Below are positions 26,256 through 26,893 of a stretch of 26,893 bases of DNA, piece after piece. Where the stretch lies: contig CBDANS010000003.1 of the NCBI GenBank assembly GCA_965197745.1, positions 1 through 26,893 on the forward strand, written 5' to 3'. Numbering within the stretch: position 1 is the first letter of the stretch; each line of letters starts with the position of its first letter. Under the pieces are notes generated by a model. That model saw nothing but the letters and a program-made list of their open reading frames with translations. It was not told the origin of the DNA and did no database searches. The position numbers and the translations under genes were made by a program. This stretch comes from Opitutales bacterium. Its GTDB lineage: Bacteria > Verrucomicrobiota > Verrucomicrobiia > Opitutales > PNEW01.

Positions 26256-26893
26256 TTAACGTGAAAAATAATAAGTTTGTTGAGACCCGCCATCGTGCAA
26301 ACAACGAGTTTTTTTTAATCCTATTTTTTCTAACTTTTGAACAGAGGCAGACACCGATCCGTGTTCTGCGTGAAATTCTATGGCAAGGTGGGAAATCTTT
26401 TTAAAAAACTGTTCATAACTATTTAAAAAATCAAATTCTGAACCTTCCACATCACATTTGAGCAAGTCAATATGAGCTACTTCACTAAAGAAGGATTCCA
26501 GATTTAAGTATTCGATATAATTTTTTCGGTGTTTTAAATCATTGAATACAGAATTTTTGAGAGAATCCTTATTTAAATGAAGATTTGCGGCGCCCGTTTT
26601 ATTACCAACCAGCCCATTGATAATATTGAATTTTAAATGATCTGAATTCAGAGAGTGAAATTTATTATTAAGGAGCAGCACCAAGTCATTGGATGCTTCG
26701 ACAAGCCAGAATTGTGCGTTACCATGAAAAGCCGAATGACGGTATAAGAGATCCAAAAATCGTAATGTAAAAAACCCGACATTAGCCCCCAGATCGACAA
26801 TGTTGATCTGTGTTTTATTCAAGTTATCGGACAGTGTTTCTTCAATCGCTATATCGTATTCACCATTGACAAACAGATCATTATATACGCACC
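26256..26893 (-). CDS. FkbM-family SAM-dependent methyltransferase (5'-partial; continues beyond the window)
   Basis: VDLGANVGFF, IDLLKCDVEGSE and IEFH motifs. The frame stays open upstream of 26822 to the edge (CVYNDLFVNGEYD). Confidence 0.9.
   Translation of the reverse strand, partial: CVYNDLFVNGEYDIAIEETLSDNLNKTQINIVDLGANVGFFTLRFLDLLYRHSAFHGNAQFWLVEASNDLVLLLNNKFHSLNSDHLKFNIINGLVGNKTGAANLHLNKDSLKNSVFNDLKHRKNYIEYLNLESFFSEVAHIDLLKCDVEGSEFDFLNSYEQFFKKISHLAIEFHAEHGSVSASVQKLEKIGLKKTRCLHDGGSQQTYYFSR

Overview
Bacterial chromosomal window. The host is probably a PVC-superphylum organism, most likely Verrucomicrobiota/Opitutae, inferred from the short Cys-free stand-alone S18, the TPR C-terminal module and the EPS gene style. 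It has four blocks. (1) 1-5205: accessory genes, comprising a membrane protein interrupted by an in-frame TAG, a TPR protein, and a minus-strand unit of membrane protein, IolE-like TIM barrel, aldo/keto reductase, PhnZ-like HD oxygenase and DUF4242. (2) 5485-13514: a compact lanthanide-dependent methanol oxidation module, comprising a TonB-dependent receptor, xoxF (with the WDYDG lanthanide Asp), xoxJ, xoxG, a PQQ-ADH-associated ABC solute-binding protein and a YVTN beta-propeller, with no ABC ATPase/permease, mxaI or pqq genes in the window. (3) 13625-19477: housekeeping genes rpsR, sua5/tsaC, a CNNM/CBS/CorC protein, hisC, a lipoate-ligase family protein and an RlmD-like methyltransferase. 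(4) 19484-end: an exopolysaccharide cluster with a WcaF-like acetyltransferase, four GT4 glycosyltransferases, a Wzy-like protein with a premature TAA, and a FkbM methyltransferase running off the edge. The most notable points are the xox/lanthanide module in an apparently non-methanotrophic Opitutae-like host, its atypical XoxF (14-aa loop deletion and paired loss of a structural disulfide), a strongly structured xoxF-xoxJ spacer, an orphan PhnZ, and two single-base nonsense codons in otherwise intact genes. All family assignments come from motif recognition; no searches were run.
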